A stretch of DNA of 64,000 nucleotides from Patescibacteria group bacterium (GTDB lineage: Bacteria; Patescibacteriota; Minisyncoccia; UBA6257; 1-14-0-10-40-38). Positions 57,250-64,000 of the stretch are shown piece by piece. The notes beneath the pieces were generated by a model. That model did no database searches. It was not told the DNA's origin and saw only the letters and a program-made list of their open reading frames with translations. Numbering within the stretch: position 1 is the stretch's first letter; every line of letters begins with the position of its first letter. The position numbers and the translations under genes were made by a program. The DNA lies in assembly GCA_038064975.1 (NCBI GenBank), contig JBBTRX010000002.1:880-64879 (forward strand). The letters are read 5' to 3'.

Positions 57250-57993
57250 CTAGTAAAGGGCTTCCGTGTAAAGACGGAATTCCATGCCATTCCCTATTTC
57301 TTCAGGGAAAATGATGCGAAATTCCCGCTCTTCAGAAGGAAGTAATTCCGTAAGAGATGTCTGCGACGCGACAAAAGGTAATCCTCCGCCGTCTTCAAAA
57401 ATTCCAAAAAGAGTGACTGCGCCAACGAGACGAGAATCAAGATTGGAAACAAAACCAGCAATTGATTTTTTAGTGCCTTCAGAAATTACTCGTATCCCAC
57501 GAAGTTGGATGTTGGGCTTCGGAAATTCCGCGTTTGATTTCCATTCCGAGGCTCCTAATAGTATTTCTCCGCGCACTGCTCCCACGCCGTGAATAGAGGT
57601 GATGAGTAATGTTTTAATTTCGCCTGCGTATACCACAGTCTCTCCGGACTGTTCTCCCACAATTCCGCTCCCACCCACGAGCTTCGCAGTAAACGGCAAC
57701 GTTGCAGCCGCATAATTAATGTTCGGATTTTTTAATGAAACGAGAATTGAAAACGTCCCGTCACTGTTTTTAATAAGATGATTCCCGGTAATTTGAATTG
57801 GAAGCAACGCCTTAATCTCGCAGGGTACGCAATCTCCCCCGCAATCAATTTGAACCTCATTTTGATTTTTAGATCCGTCAAAGCAGGTTCCATAACGGAC
57901 ATTTACCATACGATATCCGCCATAAATTATTCCTGCAAGAATCGCAAGATAGAACCCTCCATAAATAATTTGTTTTATAAGCGTTGATTGCAT
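57250..57993 (-). CDS. hypothetical membrane-anchored protein
   Basis: about 247 aa from Met MQSTLIKQIIYGGFYLAILAGIIYGGY (one TM helix), Cys-rich segment CGGDCVPCE; no family recognised. Confidence 0.35.
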   Translation of the reverse strand: MQSTLIKQIIYGGFYLAILAGIIYGGYRMVNVRYGTCFDGSKNQNEVQIDCGGDCVPCEIKALLPIQITGNHLIKNSDGTFSILVSLKNPNINYAAATLPFTAKLVGGSGIVGEQSGETVVYAGEIKTLLITSIHGVGAVRGEILLGASEWKSNAEFPKPNIQLRGIRVISEGTKKSIAGFVSNLDSRLVGAVTLFGIFEDGGGLPFVASQTSLTELLPSEEREFRIIFPEEIGNGMEFRLYTEALY

Positions 57994-58024
57994 ATTCGTG
58001 TGTTTTATCAGTATATCCCCGACT

Positions 58025-58258
58025 CGTGTCCTGTGTACAAAATAGCTTATCATGGCAGACTATGTTTTTCATTATATGCAAGGCGTGAGGAGCGATGCGT
58101 GCCTGTAAGGTACGTGAATAACGAACAACGCAGCAGATGATGAAAAACATCGCCTGCCCAAGGGGAAAGAGAATGTTTGGCAATATGCTTTGTCATTCCT
58201 CCTTGCATCTTGTCCGAATATTCTCTTTCCATGGCAAGCTATTTTGTACACAGGACAC
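58025..58258. repeat. 234-bp element bounded by 23-bp perfect (about 30-bp imperfect) terminal inverted repeats, MITE-like, located just downstream of 5S rRNA
   Basis: GTGTCCTGTGTACAAAATAGCTT at 58025..58047 equals the reverse complement of 58236..58258 exactly; an extra 5 bp (CATGG) also match; nested smaller inverted repeats inside (ATGTTTTTCAT / ATGAAAAACAT). Confidence 0.45.
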
Positions 58259-58305
58259 TGACGCAAAGCGCCAAAAAAAGCAACAAAAAAACTGCATACA
58301 TACTT

Positions 58306-58427
58306 GCAACTTCCGGCGAACCCTAACTTTCCCCGAGTAAACGAGTATCATCGGGCCGAGACGATTTCACTTCTCTGTTCGGAATGGGAAGAGGTGGGTC
58401 ACGTCTAGGTAAATCACCAGAAGATGC
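58306..58427 (-). rRNA. rrf: 5S ribosomal RNA
   Basis: Minus-strand sequence GCATCTTCTGGTG...CCCACCTCTTCCCATTCCGAACAGAGAAGTGAAATCG...GGGAAAGTTAGGGTTCGCCGGAAGTTGC matches the 5S consensus (CCGAAC..AGAAGTGAAAC, helix I pairing of the ends). Confidence 0.8.
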
Positions 58428-58482
58428 AAATATATATGCAGAATTTTTATGTGTGCCCTTGCTACTACGAAAAATAGTTTGT

Positions 58483-61838
<3,356 letters not shown>

Positions 61839-62137
61839 ACATGTATTTTTCGTAGTGGAAAAAGCACACTGCTTTCCACTGTTATATTTTGCAATTTGTA
61901 TACCTGCTATTCAATTATCAATTTACGTTCAGCTCGGGAAACTTATCATCCATGACTGCACATTGCTTGCGGAGTATTTTGAGAAGCCGCGAGAGATGTG
62001 AAGTCAGGGAGCAAAAAAACCGCTGGGCGAGCGGCTTTATGACTCAGGGCAATCAGAACCTATTGCCGGGAGGGGCCGCTTGGAATATGGGTTTGATTAC
62101 TCATTTAGTAAATACCAGTATAGCTATCAGGAAAACC

Positions 62138-62166
62138 TTGTCAAGCGAGTCACGGGGGTCTATAAT
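62138..62166 (+). promoter_or_regulatory. near-consensus sigma70 promoter (TTGTCA-N17-TATAAT) of high-GC cassette 3
   Basis: TTGTCA agcgagtcacgggggtc TATAAT; AGGAGA 7 nt before the ATG at 62208. Confidence 0.5.
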
Positions 62167-62207
62167 CCCAACCAGTTCTTCCCCCCTTGAAACAGGAGAG
62201 TCGTCCG

Positions 62208-62558
62208 ATGAACGAGTACGAAGCGTACCGAAATCGTGAGCACGATATCGGGTGGTTGAGAAGGCTCTGCGAAGGCGCTGAATCGCACACCGAACTCGGG
62301 CCTCACGAATGGACAAGAATCGTGGAAATCGTGAGTACACGCAACCTCATGTGCGTGCACCAGGAAGCATCTAGCACACAAGGGAGCGTGTTCTGCATTT
62401 TCGATACCATTCCCAGGACGAATCCTATCGTCGTGATTCACACACGTCGACTCCCCCACCTTGGAATCCAAGACTTCAAGGAACTGAAAAATAGTGGACG
62501 CAACAGAGCGTTGATGCAACGCGCCGGAGTTCCTCACATCGAAGCAGCTCAAGTCTAA
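62208..62558 (+). CDS. hypothetical protein (116 aa) encoded in high-GC island 3
   Basis: Start MNEYEAYRNREHDIGWL with good RBS; own consensus promoter and twin terminators; GC elevated relative to the backbone; no family recognised. Confidence 0.4.
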   Translation: MNEYEAYRNREHDIGWLRRLCEGAESHTELGPHEWTRIVEIVSTRNLMCVHQEASSTQGSVFCIFDTIPRTNPIVVIHTRRLPHLGIQDFKELKNSGRNRALMQRAGVPHIEAAQV

Positions 62559-62575
62559 GGACAAGTGTCCAACCC

Positions 62576-62652
62576 TCCGACCTCCCCTGCGGGTAGGTCG
62601 GATTTTTTTCACCCTCAAACAAAAACCGCCCCTCACAGGCGGTTCTTGTTTT
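62576..62652. terminator. tandem rho-independent terminators (CCGACCTCCCC-tgc-GGGTAGGTCGG plus T7; AACCGCC-cctcac-AGGCGGTT plus T-run)
   Basis: Two GC-rich hairpins each followed by T-runs; the second may also serve the convergent minus-strand gene 62671..63357. Confidence 0.6.
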
Positions 62653-62670
62653 TCTGCATCACCGGAAAAA

Positions 62671-63357
62671 TTATCCGCGATGATTAAATTCTTCTTTAAC
62701 TCTGCTCAACCACTGATGTGCATGATCTTTTCCTCCGAGCCCGAATGCCAATCCGCCTGCAAGGGCGAGCATGGCAACCAAACCGGTGATCAGTGTATTG
62801 ATAATCTGTACTGCAACTCCTAATTCAACGAGCGCGGTAAGAAAACCAAATACGACAACGCCCCACCATGCAATCGTGCCAAGTGCTTTTGCCGAGTGCA
62901 TCTTTGCTCCCAACATGGAAGCGCGGATAAGTCCTCGTAAAAAGTTTGCCACGATAATTGTTGCGAGCAAGATAAGCGCCGCAACAAGCACTTTCGGAAT
63001 ATAATTCAACACGTCCGTCAAAAAGCTGGAGAGCGATCCGAATCCGAGGATGTCAGATGCTGCAAGCACAAAGACGAGAATGAAAAACCAATATACGAGC
63101 TGACCAAAAAAATGACCCGCATTGAGCCGCATGTTCGCGCGCGCCATAAATGCCTCAACGCCAAACTGACGGAGCAGAGAATCAATTTTCAGGTAATACA
63201 CCAAACGCTCAACGAGCTTTTCCAAACCTGCGGCAACAATGAGCCCTATAATAAGGACGATCAAAGCGCCGATAAGTTCAGGAAGAAAACCTCCCACACG
63301 AATCCACAACTCTTGCAATGAACGAGCAAGAGTATCTACCCAGAATTGTACACTCAT
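62671..63357 (-). CDS. hypothetical polytopic membrane protein (possibly conserved-TM-helix / mechanosensitive-channel-like)
   Basis: about 228 aa from Met MSVQFWVDTL; 5-6 TM helices with a repeated hydrophobic pattern; family guess only. Confidence 0.4.
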   Translation of the reverse strand: MSVQFWVDTLARSLQELWIRVGGFLPELIGALIVLIIGLIVAAGLEKLVERLVYYLKIDSLLRQFGVEAFMARANMRLNAGHFFGQLVYWFFILVFVLAASDILGFGSLSSFLTDVLNYIPKVLVAALILLATIIVANFLRGLIRASMLGAKMHSAKALGTIAWWGVVVFGFLTALVELGVAVQIINTLITGLVAMLALAGGLAFGLGGKDHAHQWLSRVKEEFNHRG

Positions 63358-63507
63358 ACCTGATAAATAAATTTTCGTTAATAGTGTTCGCGGCCTCACA
63401 CGCCGCAAACGATCCTGCTCGACCTTTTTGTTTTGCTATTACCTCTTCATTATATACCTATAAGATGCCTCTTATGTGGATAACTCGCTCGTTTTTCCTT
63501 ACAAACA

Positions 63508-63723
63508 TTAGCTCCCGTTTCCCCATTCTACGTGACTCCAAACCCGCTCGTGAATGTAATATCCGATCGTACTTATAATCGCGATCGCGATCGTAATTTT
63601 CAGTGATTGGTCGAGTAGTCCGGTATGCGCATATGCAACAGCAAGAGTAATGCCGGTCGCGATGACTCGCCATAATATTGCTTTAGTAAGTGATCTCTTC
63701 CGTCCTTCATGCAGTGATGTCAT
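63508..63723 (-). CDS. small 2-TM membrane protein (DUF2061-like, tentative)
   Basis: about 71 aa from Met MTSLHEGRKRSLTKAILWRVIATG..; two hydrophobic helices and ..YYIHERVWSHVEWG.. resemble the DUF2061 pattern; the longer ORF-track frame has an implausible N-terminal extension. Confidence 0.35.
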   Translation of the reverse strand: MTSLHEGRKRSLTKAILWRVIATGITLAVAYAHTGLLDQSLKITIAIAIISTIGYYIHERVWSHVEWGNGS

Positions 63724-64000
63724 GCATTTATTATAAACCAAAAATAACTGTGGATAAGAAAAGATACCTCCCCACCCGATAGCGCTACATCCCTTCCTTT
63801 TCAATAATTTCAAAAAGCGCTTCTCTACTATCGTTTTTCTGAATTTTATTCCTCCGCATTTCGCCACAGAGCACACAGGTGTGCGTAAGCGTTTCATGAT
63901 CGCGCTCCATTTCCACGTGCGTTGGTTTCATGAGCCCCCTACACACTTCTGCCCGATCACCGGGATTAATATCAACATGCTTACTCCACAAACATTTCGG

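Noticed and set aside
62160-62636. 158-aa minus-strand ORF overlapping cassette 3
   Set aside because: It is antisense to a gene with a consensus promoter, RBS and terminators, and it runs through both terminator hairpins.
63785-63991. 68-aa minus-strand ORF at the window edge (..CRGLMKPTHVEMERDHETLTHTCVLCGEM..)
   Set aside because: It possibly continues beyond the window. The Cys/His pattern could be a zinc ribbon, but I cannot assign it or confirm the start; left unannotated.

Overview
This 64 kb window looks like a small-genome, low-GC (about 42-45% by eye) bacterial chromosome segment, consistent with CPR/Patescibacteria, though I cannot name the lineage. The gene set is compact and streamlined, with several shortened core proteins (short EF-Ts, AlaRS without its C-terminal domain, rpoA without the alpha C-terminal domain), a free-standing 5'-3' exonuclease, and near-consensus sigma70 promoters with little or no Shine-Dalgarno. 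Most of the window is conserved housekeeping on the minus strand. Operons and gene pairs recognised: rpsB-tsf, secA, hpf-murB, tpiA, galT, the complete rod-shape module mreB-mreC-mreD-mrdA, proS, rseP, frr, holB plus a second mreB paralog, murA, rpsI-rplM, the ribosomal/RNAP block infA-rpmJ-rpsM-rpsK-rpsD-rpoA-rplQ, alaS, the dnaG-rpoD block, rpmB, tRNA-Pro and tRNA-Tyr, rpsF-ssb-rpsR, rpoB-rpoC, mltG and a SEDS (RodA/FtsW) gene, and a 23S-5S rRNA pair with no 16S upstream. The main observations are as follows. (1) The 23S gene carries a 367-nt ORF-less insertion inside the universally conserved GTCGTGAGACAG motif; removing it restores the conserved sequence, so it reads as a group I-type intron. 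(2) Three compact high-GC (about 55-58%) single-gene cassettes sit in the low-GC backbone (at about 23.0-24.0 kb, 43.0-44.3 kb and 62.1-62.65 kb). Each has its own near-perfect TTGACA-N17-TATAAT promoter and its own terminator and encodes a protein I cannot place. They look like recent horizontal acquisitions from a high-GC donor. (3) Two roughly 230-280 bp elements are bounded by 23-30 bp inverted repeats (one next to 5S rRNA, one upstream of frr), MITE-like or long structured RNAs. (4) There is an acylphosphatase-UppS fusion next to a PAP2 undecaprenyl-PP phosphatase. (5) A type IV pilin with a Cys-rich C-terminus lies beside a GT4 glycosyltransferase and a PglC-like sugar transferase. (6) Sigma-70 has a strongly basic N-terminal extension in place of region 1.1. 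(7) A tRNA-Pro-proximal cluster holds a secreted C39-like peptidase, peroxiredoxin, a high-GC gene, Fe/Mn superoxide dismutase and a small Cys-rich protein. I found no CRISPR array, no recognisable transposase or integrase, and no 16S rRNA. Every family assignment is from reading motifs by eye and is untested against databases.
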